A stretch of DNA of 64,000 nt, taken from the human T2T-CHM13v2.0 reference genome, Homo sapiens. The position numbers and the translations under genes were made by a program. The stretch lies in NCBI RefSeq assembly GCF_009914755.1, contig NC_060942.1; one strand, given 5' to 3'. The notes under the pieces are model-generated. The model was not told the origin of the DNA, ran no database searches, and saw nothing but the letters and a program-made list of their open reading frames with translations. Shown one piece after another: positions 24,866 to 38,531 of this stretch (the first letter of the stretch is position 1; each line of letters starts with the position of its first letter).

Positions 24866-27800
24866 TCCTTGATAGGTATTTGTTAAACTGAGTAGAACTT
24901 AGCAGCAACTGCAGAGCTTGGCACTTTGGGCCTCACTCTCTTCTACATTGAGGGTCATCATTTAACTTTGCCTGGAGGCCCTATGTCCTTATACTTTGTC
25001 CTCCTCAGAGCTCAGAGTGAGCCTGGCTCCTCCATGTGACTTTACCATGATTTTAACTGTTCTGTTAGTTAGAGGGGACTTTTTGAGGGTGGTCTGAGAG
25101 CCGTATCATTATTTGAAATAATACCAACCAACATGGAATGAAAGGCAGGGTGCTAAACTGAAACCAACCTTAAGAAGTGGGTGATGTTTTTATCCCTTCA
25201 TAACTGACGAGTAGACAGAGGCTTGGAGAGTTAAGTGATTTGTTTAAGGTCACTGCGCTAATACTGTGTTTTAGTGACTGCAAGATACCCATCTTTTTCG
25301 TACTTTAAGATCTCTGCAGGCCGTGTGCATCTCACAATCAGTGGGGGCCCCAGTCTCCGTTGGCCTCCAGGCAGCAGCCATGAGGGGTGACATTCCCTTT
25401 GCCTGTGTGAACCAGAACACAGATGCTCATACTGTCCCCACATCACCTTTATGTCCATCCTTGGGACTCATCTGGAGATTCATTGCAAATAGGCTGATTT
25501 TGAACATCAAGAGAGTACACATCTGAGTCAGCATGCTTGGTTTTTTTCTTCCCTCACTCATAAATTACACTCTCAGCACTGAAAAGAAAAACCACAGTGA
25601 AAATCAGACAGATCTTCTAATAGAGCAGTGGAGTGTTAATTTGACATTAGTGAAGCAAATATTTATTGCTGGAAGAATAACTGCAACTCCATATTTTCTC
25701 ACACAGCATCAATCAACTACTTGGAAAGGAGAATGCCCAAAAAATATAAGGCATTGTTTTTGTTTTGTTATTGAGACACGTGCAGAGCAAACAGATTATC
25801 TGTCACACGTGCAGCAGTGCCACCAAATGCAAGAGAAATTGCCAGATGTCTTTGACTAGATACAGAAATGTCAGTGCCATCGGAGGCTGCTGCAAGTGAT
25901 TCACGGGTATCTCGTGACTGTTGTTAAGGCATCATATCATTGTGTAAATGTGCGTGTTTTGTCACTGATAATAAAATAATGATACATCTTAACACTGCTT
26001 GATGTCTTGGATTCAATGCAATCCTTCAAGTGGCAGATCTAGTTTCAGACTTGAGCAGCCGAGCTATAGAGATTTTAATCCACATCCACTACACTCCTGG
26101 CTTTTATTATCTTCATGGGAAAATACTTGCAGGGTGTAGAGGTTTACAAATCAAGTTTTAGAAGATAGCTTGGTTGATACTGAGATGATGGCTTCTTTAC
26201 TGAATGCTTAGTAGCATATTTATAGCAGAATCTTCCCCAACTCCCAATACCTTGTAACTTTAGCTAAAATCTATTTTAAGTTAGCCACATCAAAATCGAT
26301 CATACTGTTGACCCACCAGACAGCAAGTTATACTGGTTTCATTCCTTGACTGCCTAGCAGGGACACTGAGGAAATGTTGACAGTTACCAAGATAACTACA
26401 ACTGTTGAGGCTGGCAGAGGTCCAGTAAGCAGTCCCCTCTCCCCTACTCTGGTTCAGAACTAAGGGGGCGTTCAACACGAGGGTGAGGCACTTGGGGATT
26501 AAAACGTTAGTGTAGTGATAAATACTTAATCAAAAGACACAGTGTAGATGGGTGCCCATGATAGGAGTGCTCATAGTTCCCCCCGAATGTTTCAGACTTC
26601 CCATCTGGCCCAGTGCCACAGCTGAACAACTAAAGGGACATGGTCCTCACCCCCTGGGGGAGCTGATCAAAATGCATGTGCTTTGTAAATAGGCTGGTTT
26701 TGAAAAGAGAAAAATGACTGAATCAAGCATGCTTGCTTCCACTTCCATAACTCATGTGACTTCACCAGGGGAGGGCAGAATGAGGGAGGGGGAGGGAATG
26801 CCCAGGAGTACCACTCTAGTGGAGATGCCTTGCCTCAATGGAACTTGAGGCCTCAGGAAAGGAAGCCCTGGCTTAATAACCATGACCATGAATAATAACA
26901 ACACTAGGCAGAGTTTTCATGTTTAGAGTTTGCCCCATTCTAGCTCAGGCAAGAATCAGGGGACTTGGCTAAACAGGGCTGAGTGAGGTTGCCTTTAATT
27001 TGAACATGGCACTCTCCTCTTTTGTCTAGAATCTCTTTTCACAATTTTCATTTAGTTGAGTAATACCCTTAGGTATATTTGTCTCACTGACATTCATTGC
27101 ATGTAAAATCTGTAAGAACGATCAGAAGCTGTCTTTCCATCTCAAAGCCAGAATTCTACTTAGAGGGAAAATCTGGGAGTTCAGATACGGAAAATTCTGT
27201 CTTCTCAACACCAAGACTTTCCATCAAAAACTAGTTTAGTCTTTTGAATGTTTTGTCCACATGATGGTAAATATCTGAATATTTAACAGATATCTGAAGT
27301 TACCATCCTGCAGGTCTCAGTTTATCCAGGTAGATTTTCGTCATGTTGCTGTAAGTGACTATATTCTGAATCTAACTTCTCATTTTCAAATCATCTCTCA
27401 GAAACCGTGCCTTCTCTATGAAGCTATTTATGTGTTGATTAAAAAATATAATTGCTTCCTCACCAGTAGCATTCAAACAGGTACATTTTATTTATTTTGT
27501 ATATTTAAAAAAAGTTTGTACAGTTGTCTAACTAGTGTCTTTTCTGCTAACACAGGGCTAAATACGTAGTAGGTCCGCCATAAATGCCTGTTGATTTGTT
27601 AATCACTTCAGGAGTGAATATCAGAGGAGACCGTGGCTTTCAGATAATAATTCCACCAGTTTTAATTGCTTTATTCTGAACATTAGGCTGGTGGTAGTTT
27701 TGCATGGGTAGATTGTGGCCAACCTGCATGACTCGTTCTGAAGATAAGTTTACTGCTAGTATGTCTTTACCCCTGGGAAATAAACATATGTAATCTTCTT

Positions 27801-28613
27801 GCCATTATTCTTAATTTAAAGCCCTGTATTGTATGTTTAGGTTATTTCTGGCCTTGTGAGGGTGAGGGGCTGGACTTGGAAGATAATTGGGGGGGAAATG
27901 TCACACCACGTCCCTATTGTAGGAGGGTGCAAGGTTCACACCACGTGGTGAGCAGCCCTGTAGAGGGCATCCACTTGAAGACAGAGAACCAGAAGATGCA
28001 TGGCTTGGTGTAAGCAGATGGAGCCAAGCCAGCAAGCACATCCCAGCTGGGAATCTTCCTAGTCTCCTGGGCCTTCTCCTTCCATCACTGCCCAGGCTGC
28101 AGTTTCATTGAGGCTGGTCTCCTTGTTCTTTCCTTTCCTCACCTAAATCTGTCATTGTGTAAATTCACCCTTATTGATGACACCTCTTTCACCTCTCCCC
28201 ACCTCCTCCACTTTGGTGACTCCAGAACATGTTCATTTCTCTCTGCTACAGTGCCAGTCACCTTCCCTTGGCCGCCTTGCACAAACACTCCTCAGATGCA
28301 CAACCTTCATTGTTGCTTCATAGATGCATGGATTTGATCTCTGGCTTTGCCAGGAACTAGCTAAGTGACCTCAAGCAAGTTATGTTGGTGATCTCCAAGG
28401 ACCTCAGTTTTCTCACCAGGGAATTGATCTACAATGACACTTGCCACTTTGGAATGTGCATCATACACGAGAGCACGCACTGTGATGACACCTTGTAGAA
28501 TAAACAATCATTTCCCACCTTCAGCCACTGTCTGCTGCAGAGGTGGTTGTTTGGCCTGATTCATGTCTGCTGCTACTTCTTCTTTTGGCTAACTTTCCAC
28601 CTTTATTTTTCAG

Positions 28614-28797
28614 GGCTGGGAGAGGGTTCTGCCCTCCTTCATCCAGACAGCAGGTCTCATCCTAGGTCCTTAGAGAAAAGTGCCTGGAGGGCTTTTAAGG
28701 AGTCACAGTGCCATCACATGCTCAAACATCTCCACAATGGTGCAAGGATCACAGTGCAGATGCCACCTACAATCGAGGGCCACTGGGTCTCCACAGG
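28614..28797 (+). CDS. APCDD1: APCDD1 coding exon 2
   Basis: Acceptor ctttatttttcag|GGCTG with a ctaac branch-like motif upstream. Encodes (G)[12 protein letters not shown]...IEGHWVSTG. Donor AGG|GTAAGA. 184 nt. Confidence 0.97.
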
Positions 28798-29629
28798 GTA
28801 AGAGGACAGGTGGGGTCTGGGAGAGGCCAGAGAGCACACCACTATGGAAGACCCTTCTTATGGGTTCTCAGATGCAGAGACTTTATATCATTTACAATGA
28901 TTTAGGTGTTGTCCAAGTTCTAATGAAGAACCAAACCACTCTTTGAAATTATGGTTGGTTAAGAAAAAGAGCTAAGTACTGTAGAAATCTTATGCTAAAG
29001 CAGAGATTATATTGTACTCCTGTTAACCACACAGTGTGAGTGAATAGATCCTTGTTTACTGAACTCTATGGGACCACTTGTGTATAAAAAGAAACCATTA
29101 GCAAGTGAAATTAAGAGACTGTGTTTCACCAAGCCTGAAACATGACTTGCAAGCTCCGGATGGTCTAAATATTCTAGCCATATTCTGGTAATTTAATATA
29201 TGGCTTCAGGGTTCTAAGAGTAAGTTAAAAGCTACCTCTACTAGCCAGGGTGCAGTTCTTGGATTCTTTTCCATGCTATGAAGCTGAGATTTATCCCAGT
29301 TTGAGCTCTGGCTTATCTTCCATTAGAGCTTTTAAAAATAGCCGAGAGGCAGATCTGCGATTTTTTTTTTCTACCCATTAGATTGCTGAGAATTAACAAG
29401 ACTAACTCTGGGATCTGATCACTTCTCCCTGTGCGCTGTTCCCGGGATATGGATAGCAGCCTTCAAGTTCCTTGGGGAGGGATCAGATGAATATGGAGAA
29501 GAGAAAAAAAGAAATTGTATAAGATGATGAAGACCCAGAATTTTATTTCATAAAAATGAGGTCTCTCCAAATAACCACGATAAACAATTTGTATAAACAA
29601 CCTTCATGTTACATACTTTTAAAATATTT

Positions 29630-30365
29630 ATCATTTTATTCAACAAATATTTATTGAGTGCCTACCATATGCCAAACACTATTTTAAGTTTTGTTTATAT
29701 AGCAGTGAACAAAACAGACCTGGTCCCTGTCTTCAAGGGTTTTATAAGTAAATACACAAGAAGTACTATGAAAGTGGAGGGGTTGGGGCAGCAACAGGTG
29801 CTAAAAGAGAATACCAGGGGGCCCCATTTTAAAATCAGGGCGGAGTTCAGAAAGCCTACCAAAGAAGGGGACCCTTGAGCTGAGACATTGTTGGCTGTGC
29901 AAAGACTGTGGGAAGAGCTTTGTATTTAAAGAACCAGATGCCAGGCTAGATGCAGAGTGAGCAAGAGGCTGGCTAGATTGGAGGACCTGCTGGCTGAGAA
30001 CCCTGTGGCTGGGATGCAGTAAACCAGGGCAGACAGCCTCACATGAGGCTGCTGGGGAGGGTAGGCCAGCTCTAAGGCATCTTGCAGACCAGATCTTCTA
30101 ACCTAAGAGAACTGAAAAGTCATTGAAGAGCTTTCAGCAGGGGCCATGCTTAAAATATGATTCAGCTTTTTGAAAGAGCATTCTGGCTGCTGTTTGGCAA
30201 ATGGACGGGAGAAAAAGTGATTTGGGGGTGACCAGTTAAAAGACCTTTGCAGCCGTTCTGGTTAGAGAGCACAGAGGCTTAGGTAAGAGGAGCTGCAGGA
30301 GCAACTGAGAAGTGAGTGGGCCTGAGATCCACTGTACGTGGCAGGCAGAATCAACAGACTGTTGA
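29630..30365 (-). mobile_element. L2 LINE fragment
   Basis: ttcaacaaatatttattgagtgcctaccatatgcc (L2 3' end), followed by a purine-rich L2 body. Confidence 0.75.
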
Positions 30366-31364
30366 TGCTTAGATTAAAAAATTAAACAAAAGGGATCTTC
30401 TTTTCTAAACCTCATCTAACATGAATCACTGCTTACACTAAACTTCTCTTTCCTTGTGGGAGAAATCTGGGGTGTTTGCTCTCTCCTTTTTCTAAGATTA
30501 CAGATACCCCAGGTACTGTTGAGTGCTTTATGTCCATAGGATGTTACTCGACATCAGTTGTCAAACGTTACATAGCAACGGTACCCCTGTCTAAATAATG
30601 CTTATCTTTCACCAGTCCATCAATGAGCAAATTAAAATGTTAGCAATTTTGAAAACCACTTGTGTTTGGCATTTTAGCCTGACTGCTTGATTTAGCAGCG
30701 CTTCGTCAGTTCAAACCAGAATCTGTGTTAGCATCATAGATGAGAGCAGAGTGGGAAGGCCAGAATTGATGAGCTGAAAGTCATGGCGTAACTGAGACTA
30801 GGAGCTAACAAAAGGCTAAGGCCAGGTCATTTGGCCAGGGCTTTAAGTACCTCCCCGTACCCCCATTGCAGCCTCAGCTAGTATATGTGAATGGCTGACA
30901 GAGCCGTTTGTGAAATCCCTCAATTCCATCCCGCTGCTGTTATGCTCTGTAGATTCTGTCTCAGTGCTTCTGGCTCAGGAACCTAGCATTCATCTAAGGC
31001 CACACTGGCAACCATCATAAACAAAAGGAACCCTTATTTCTGTTGTGCCAGCTTTGCTTTTAGTTAATTGCCCCCTTTACTTTTCTACTAGAGAGAAAAT
31101 TAATTCTGAATGGACAAGAAGATGCTAGATGACTAGATTCTGTCTCAGGATGACAGACATTTTGCACCTGCCTGCTGTAGACAAGGTCCATAAAATAAAA
31201 GTGTTCAGGAAGTCGACCGTTTTTGAACTAGCGTAAGGGAACTTCTTTTATAGGCCAGCACAGCACTCATCCTCCTTATCCAGAAAGAAATGCCTGCACA
31301 GGGCAGCAGGTGTTTGCCCTCCTGGCCTGCTCGTGAAGCGAGTGGAAGGCTGGCTGAGGCAGAG

Positions 31365-31590
31365 TGATTAGGAGCACAGCATCAGAGCCAGGCTGCCTGG
31401 ATTCATGGACTGGCTCTGATACTTGCTGGTCATGTGCTCTTGGGCATGTTCCCTAACCTCAGTTTCCCCACCTGTAAAACCTGGGTGATGATAATACCTA
31501 ACTCCTAGGTTGTTGTGAGGAGTCAATGAGTTGGTATCTATAAAGGGCTGACAACAGAGTCTGGCCCATCGTCAGCACTTTATTATTATT
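31365..31590 (+). mobile_element. MIR SINE just upstream of exon 3
   Basis: cctcagtttccccacctgtaaa...ataatacctaactcctaggttgttgtgagga. Confidence 0.8.
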
Positions 31591-31674
31591 TCTGTAATTT
31601 CTTAATACTATAATGAATCTCTTTCCCATACCTTCAGGCTTACAAAGGTCTCTTCTTCCCCTTTTCTTGCCCAG

Positions 31675-32206
31675 CTGTGAAGTAAGGTCAGGCCCAGAGT
31701 TCATCACAAGGTCCTACAGATTCTACCACAATAACACCTTCAAGGCCTACCAATTTTATTATGGCAGCAACCGGTGCACAAATCCCACTTATACTCTCAT
31801 CATCCGGGGCAAGATCCGCCTCCGCCAGGCCTCCTGGATCATCCGAGGGGGCACGGAAGCCGACTACCAGCTGCACAACGTCCAGGTGATCTGCCACACA
31901 GAGGCGGTGGCCGAGAAGCTCGGCCAGCAGGTGAACCGCACATGCCCGGGCTTCCTCGCAGACGGGGGTCCCTGGGTGCAGGACGTGGCCTATGACCTCT
32001 GGCGAGAGGAGAACGGCTGTGAGTGCACCAAGGCCGTGAACTTTGCCATGCATGAACTTCAGCTCATCCGGGTGGAGAAGCAGTACCTTCACCACAACCT
32101 CGACCACCTGGTCGAGGAGCTCTTCCTTGGTGACATTCACACTGATGCCACCCAGAGGATGTTCTACCGGCCCTCCAGTTACCAGCCCCCTCTGCAGAAT
32201 GCCAAG
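31675..32206 (+). CDS. APCDD1: APCDD1 coding exon 3 (most of the first APCDD1 repeat)
   Basis: Acceptor cttttcttgcccag|CTGT. Encodes [14 protein letters not shown]...[13 protein letters not shown]. Donor AAG|GTACCT. 532 nt, ending in phase 0, with GC3-rich codon usage. Confidence 0.98.
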
Positions 32207-33956
32207 GTACCTCAGAGCTCTGTGTTCTCCTCTTTATTGAGTAAAGTGGGTGATCCTTCTTAAAGGCTTGCCATGGGGGCTCTAGGGCACCCTTGAAAGG
32301 GGGAATTCTGCATCATGGCGGGGCAGGCCAAGGTGGGGCTGCTGCGAGGTGGGAGGAGATGGGAAAGGCTGGGGCTGAGGGTGCTTTAGCCAGTCAGGAG
32401 ACCTGGGTCTGCCACCAACTTGCTCTGTGACTTGGAACCTCGGTTATCCTACTGAAGTGGGTGGTGGCATGGGATGATGGTTCTAGAAAATTCCTAAGGC
32501 TCCTTTCAGCTCTCCCATCCCAGGAACCTCTTCAGTGATTCCAAGAGGACAGTGTGAAGGCGATGTCATAACCACACCTGGAAAAGATACTAAACAATAG
32601 CAGCTACCCAGGCCCTGGAGGAGGCGGGGAGGGACAGAAAGGGGAGGTGACAGTGGGATTTGTGTGGGGTGTTAGACTCCACGGAGACTGTCCACCAGAG
32701 TCACCCTGGTGAGTCCCGACACTCTTAGGCAGAACAGCCTGCTGAGGTCCCAGGGGTTATGGCTCCTGCCCAGGCCACGCGGCTACTGAGTTTTCCTGCT
32801 GGACCATGAGTCCAAAGGTCCTTCCTCCATACCCCACGTTCTTTTCATTTCACTAAGGAAAATGTAAAGTCACCATAATCAGAAGAGGGGACTAAGGAGA
32901 GCAGGAAACAATTAAACCTTATAATGTCTTTTCCTTGAATGATATTCTAGTAATTATATTTGGAATTCACAAGGCATTTCCTTCCCACAAGCTTAGAGTA
33001 CACGTCCATGTGTAACTCGATCACCTCCACCATCTCCCCGCAGAGCCTGTGAAGTCCCAGGCAGGAGGGGAGTGGGCTTCTGCCCAGTGCGTAGTGTGAA
33101 CGTGCAGACCCGGGCCTGCTGCGGGTGGGCGGTGGGCAGGTCTCTGTGGAGTATCTCCCCGGCCGTCCCCATTGACTTCGTGGAACACTCTCTAGCACGG
33201 TGGCTCTGTAACTGTGGAGCCCTGCTTAACTTTTGTTTGGTGGTTTCTTCATTTTTTAAAAATCTTTTTTCTTATTAGTCCTCCAAGACTACTCATAACC
33301 AATAGAGGTATCACAGGGCACTTCTGCCAAAGACTGCTCCGTGTTATCTTTTTTTAATCTATGTTATTGTGAGCTTGTGCAATGCAAGTGGCTCTTATTA
33401 TAATAATGAAATAGCTACTGAGAAAGCCCACCTGGTGGAGGCTGCTTCCTCTGGATGAATCTTTTCATGGCTGTGTCCCCGCGTGTGAGATGAAGCCCTG
33501 TGCTCAGCCCATGTGCCCAGGCCCAGCATTCCTGCCGGCTCAGGATGCCCTTGGGGGTTTGTTCCAACACAGATCAGGAGCCAGGCTCATTTCATTCTGC
33601 CTTGTAAGTTTCAAATGCACTGAAGAGGCCAACATGAATTAGGGCAGAGAGGGAGGGCAGCCTCTGATGCCGGCTCCATTGCTGCAGCTGTCAGGGGGTC
33701 CCAGAGGTTTTCCTAGAATGGGACACAGGGAAAGGAGACCAAAACTCTGCCCTTCAACATGTTGATTCCCCTGGGCAGGTATCAGAAGGAGAATCGGCTC
33801 ATAGGGTGATACCTGGACTGGGGTGTGCTTTCTGGGTCAGGGTTGAGTGGGTGTCTTGGGAAAATGGGTAAGAATAATGGGCTTCGAATTATACTTTGGG
33901 GCCTTTCTGGTTGGCAGCACTGCCCAAAGGCGGCACTGGACACTGTAGCTGCATAG

Positions 33957-34370
<414 letters not shown>

Positions 34371-35539
34371 GCCATCTTTCAAATGATCTCAGGTAACGGG
34401 AGGAAGGTGTGAATGTCATGAATTAAAACGGCCCACAGATAATCCAGAAACCTGGGGTTAGCCAGGAGCATCCCCGCAACCCGCCGTTCCCTCGGGGCCT
34501 TTGTGAAGGTCTGCTGAATAGGAAAAGCCTGCCCACTTTCTAGCAGAGACACCAAAGAGCCTCAAAACACCAAAAAGCACGGGGAGCCTTGAGTGCGAGG
34601 TCTGAGTGAGGAGGCAGGTGCGGCTGGGGAACTTGCTGGGCGGGCGTGGGCCGGGCTGTGGGCTCCGAACCCGACCTTGGACTAGTCCTTTGCACCCACT
34701 CAGGTTCTGGTTCCTTTTCCTCACCTTCATGCGCCTGCACGGGCTCTGATCTCTTCTGCTCTTTTTAGTACTGGGGGAAAAATTAACCATCATCACGTTT
34801 ATTTTCTTACCTGCCTCTCTACCCCGTTGCACTCCTGGGTGTGGCTCCGCAGATGGAGTCTGAAAGCCCAGTCAGCATTGTTAAGGCTGGCGCCCAGGGG
34901 TACTCCAGGAGGGGACACTTCATTCCCGTCAATGTCCCTCTGCAGACCTGTCTGTGGCTCCTGGAGGGAAAATGCCCCACAAGTGAAAATTATTAAATAT
35001 TGGCATGGCAATTAAAGACAGCAATTGTAAAGCTGACCTTTTTAGAATTTAACACCTTTTGGACAAATTGGCAAGTATGTGGACTTCAGAAACGGTAGCC
35101 AATCCTGGAAGCCAGTTCTGCTGTCATCAGCCGTGTGGCATTGGTAGTTATCTGACCTACTGGAGACTTCATTTTCCTTTTCTGTAAAATGGCAAAAATA
35201 TAAGAATCAATAGGGTTAATGTGCAGAATCCTGTGGGCATCAGGATAGGGCCTGAATGCAAAGCTCCATCTCTCTTAACCTAGAGTAAGTCGCCCTTCTG
35301 GGCCAATGGCTCAGAGAGGAATGAAAATGACAATGTCGACTGACCAGGGAACATCAAAGTGTTTCATGATGCCTAGCCATAAAACACTTCCTCCCATTTT
35401 CTCCTCCCTGCTCTGCTAAGGCAGTTGTGGGAACATTTACCCAGATTCTTAAGAAATAGACTCTTTAAATCCCAGGCCTGATTCCTTGATGACAGAAAAT
35501 TAAGGTGGAAAGAGCTTTAGGACCTTAGATACTACACGA

Positions 35540-35820
35540 GACATATTGTTAAGTAGGAAAAAAGGAAGTTATAAAATAGCGTGAATAATATGATACCATC
35601 TGCATAAAACTAATAATGAAAGGAGAAGAAGAGGGACTCTTTGCAAAGGAATCAGATATTTATGGAGGAAATTAATGACTGCCTCAGAGGAAGTGACAGA
35701 GTTGTCTATCTGGGATTGTCGGACAGAGACTTCACTTTTGGTACCTGTTGCATTTTGTGCTGTGATCTTCTATTACCTAAGCACAGTCATCACAGAAAAT
35801 TTAGATTAAAAAAAAAAAAA
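35540..35820 (+). mobile_element. Old L1 (L1ME-like) 3' fragment
   Basis: gacatattgttaagt...aaaatagcgtgaataatatgataccat motif and an A-rich end. Confidence 0.5.
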
Positions 35821-38531
35821 AGCAAGCAAACACTCCCAGACCCAGAGGAATGCTGTGGCCACAGATGCAGGTGGCAGCCCAGCTGGAAGGAGGACCCAGG
35901 CTTCCTGAGCCAGCCTAGCTGCCTCGCAAGATGGCTGAGGGGGGGGGGGGGTCAGTGGAAGGCCGAGTGGCTCTGGTAGCTGAAAGGGTCCATTCTTCTC
36001 TTGTCTCTCGCCTTGTACCTCTTGGCCTGCAGTGTGCAGCGGAGTCTTCAGGAAGTTTTCAGATCCTTCCCCAGGACAGCTCTGAGAAGGAACAAAATGG
36101 ACTCAGCCATTGGTGTCTTTCCAGACCCGGGCACCAGAAAGACTGGGCACTGTGTGCCCACGCGGGCCCAGCCACAGCAGGTTGTCCGAGCTGTCTGTGG
36201 CCGCCAGCGGAGACAGGAAGAAAGGCTGGGAGAACGTCTTCAAAGACCGTACACGCCTGCCCAGGAGAGGCTGGAACCTCCTCCTTTGAACTCTTCTACT
36301 TCCCTAATTGCTGGTCCATAGAGACCAAGCTGAAAATTAGTTTAAATGCTAAATTGAGTTTCAAACCACGAGCCTCAGCCCCTCTAGAAACAGGACACCG
36401 TGTAAAAATAGAAACTTTAAGTCAACTTGTTTTTCTAAGCTTTATACAGCTTTGCTGTGAGGTCCAGAGTCCTTTGGCAAATAAGTGACGTTTGAAGAGA
36501 TTCAGGTGTGCTGGGAGGGTTCATTCAGGATGGAACTGGCTACTCTTCATTATAAAAAAGTCAAGACAGCGTAAAGTAACCCTGAAAGAAGATGCTTTGC
36601 CTGAATCAAGTTTAGCGTCAGAGCAGCCATAATCCTCTGCCGAGATTCTTCAGAACTATGCAGTTGGAGGGGTAGAAGCCAGGCTCATTCTTTCAGGGAT
36701 GGAATCAAATGGTAATTAAAAGCAAATGATTGCCAAGGTCGTTAGAGATGCCAGAGCCTCAGGATCAGACTCGTAAGCAAATGGAATTGGTCTTTCTCCA
36801 AAATCCTGCACTGATTTAACCACAGGATCGTAAATCAAAGGGGCTGTCTGAAAACCAGACAGCCTTCCCCAGGCTGTGCATCTGAAATACTCGATCCCAG
36901 CACATGTACAGCAGGGGAGCTACACACGGGAGGGAGAAAAGCACCGGGCTTTGGGAGTACCTGAGAACTGCAGAAAAAGAGCATGCTGTGCTTTCTCTCT
37001 CAAATTCTTTAGGAGCCGCTAGGCTGGAGCCAGCATATGTTTTTGAGGTAGCTTGCCTCTCAGAGGCTTTTTAGAGGATGTGTGACCTGTGCAGCTTCCT
37101 GATGTCAGTGACACCATGGGGATGTTGAGTCAGGTGGTCTTGGAGCCTGGACTTTTCAGCCTAGCTGCAGGAGCCAGCATGGAGGGACGTCTCCTGAGCA
37201 TGTGCTTGGTGTGGCTCCTGGGTGGGTGGGCGGCTGCGTCTCTGGGGTATAGAAGGAGCCAGGTGCTTGTGGAAGAATTCCATACCACTTTTCTTTCTGC
37301 TAGTGTGGATTTGCAGAGGTGATGGGAGATGGACGAGGTGGTGGACAACCAGAAGTTCAAGAAGTCATGACCTAAGACAGTTTCAAGAACTAGTCTTACA
37401 GGAAGGAGAACCCTAGAAGAAAACTGTGACTGCTCCCTGGAGCCAGGTGTTTCCTATAAGGCAGCAAATGTTGCACAATTCTATGAAAAAACAGAGCTGG
37501 CAATTGGGATAGGTTGAGGGGGTCTTGACCCTGAAGGGGTTGCTTTTGTGGACCTTTTATCTGGGCCGAGGTGTGCAGTGTCACAATCACTGGGCTACAA
37601 GGCTGCTGATAGACACTTCTATTGCAGAAACAGCTCATTATATTTCTTGACTCCAGAGTATTTCAGCAGATAAACAGGCATGCAAGGTTGCTTTATTTAA
37701 GGAGTTAGGGGACCAGGAAATATTTGTTGTCAGGGACAATGCAAGTGGTAAATATTTTATCCCTTAAAAGGCAAGAAAGCTCAGAGGACATGAGGAAACC
37801 CTGCAAAAGCAGGAAATTGGCCATTTAAAAAGTACGCATGAGGTCCCTACTCCAGGGAGTGTTTGCTGAGCCCCAGGGGAGAAAGGAAGAGGATGGGCCA
37901 GCCAGGAGTGCCCAGTGGATTTACAGCAGATTTAATAAGTCTACTTTAATTATTTAAATGAATCAAAATGCATAGGAGTGGAAGAAAGAAACAAGTAAAA
38001 AGAAATAAAAATTCTTTTCGGAAACCATTCTTAAAGTCTTTTCTCTTAAAGAACCATCTTCTTAGGGTCCTTTTTCTCCAGTTGCTGGGTGAGGCAAAAT
38101 GGTCTTTTTTATTATTCTAATGTTAACTAAAACAAAAAAAGGCCTTTGTGAGCTCACTTCTCAGATTCTAAGCTGCCTTGGAAGTCCATTTCCAGAAGGC
38201 TAATGTTGCTCTTAAGGACCTACCAGCTGCCCCTGCTGAACTCCAGGGTGCAGAAGTGTTTGGTTGAGTTTTGCTCCCCTCTGCTTCATAGCCAACTACA
38301 GACTCAGGAATTAGCAGCCTGGTTTCTCCTTTTCTCCCTCATCCTCCTGGCCCAGGCCCCTTCCTGGACAGTGGTAACAGGCCCGAGGTGGCTGTGCAGC
38401 CTCCCTGAGGCTCTCTGAGTACCCCTGGCACCACAGAGGTGCCTGCATCCTGGCAGGGATGACGCAGCTGCACGGGGTCTGTACACTGAGGGGCTGCCCT
38501 CACCTGTGGAGAGTGGGTGCTGGGCAGCAGG

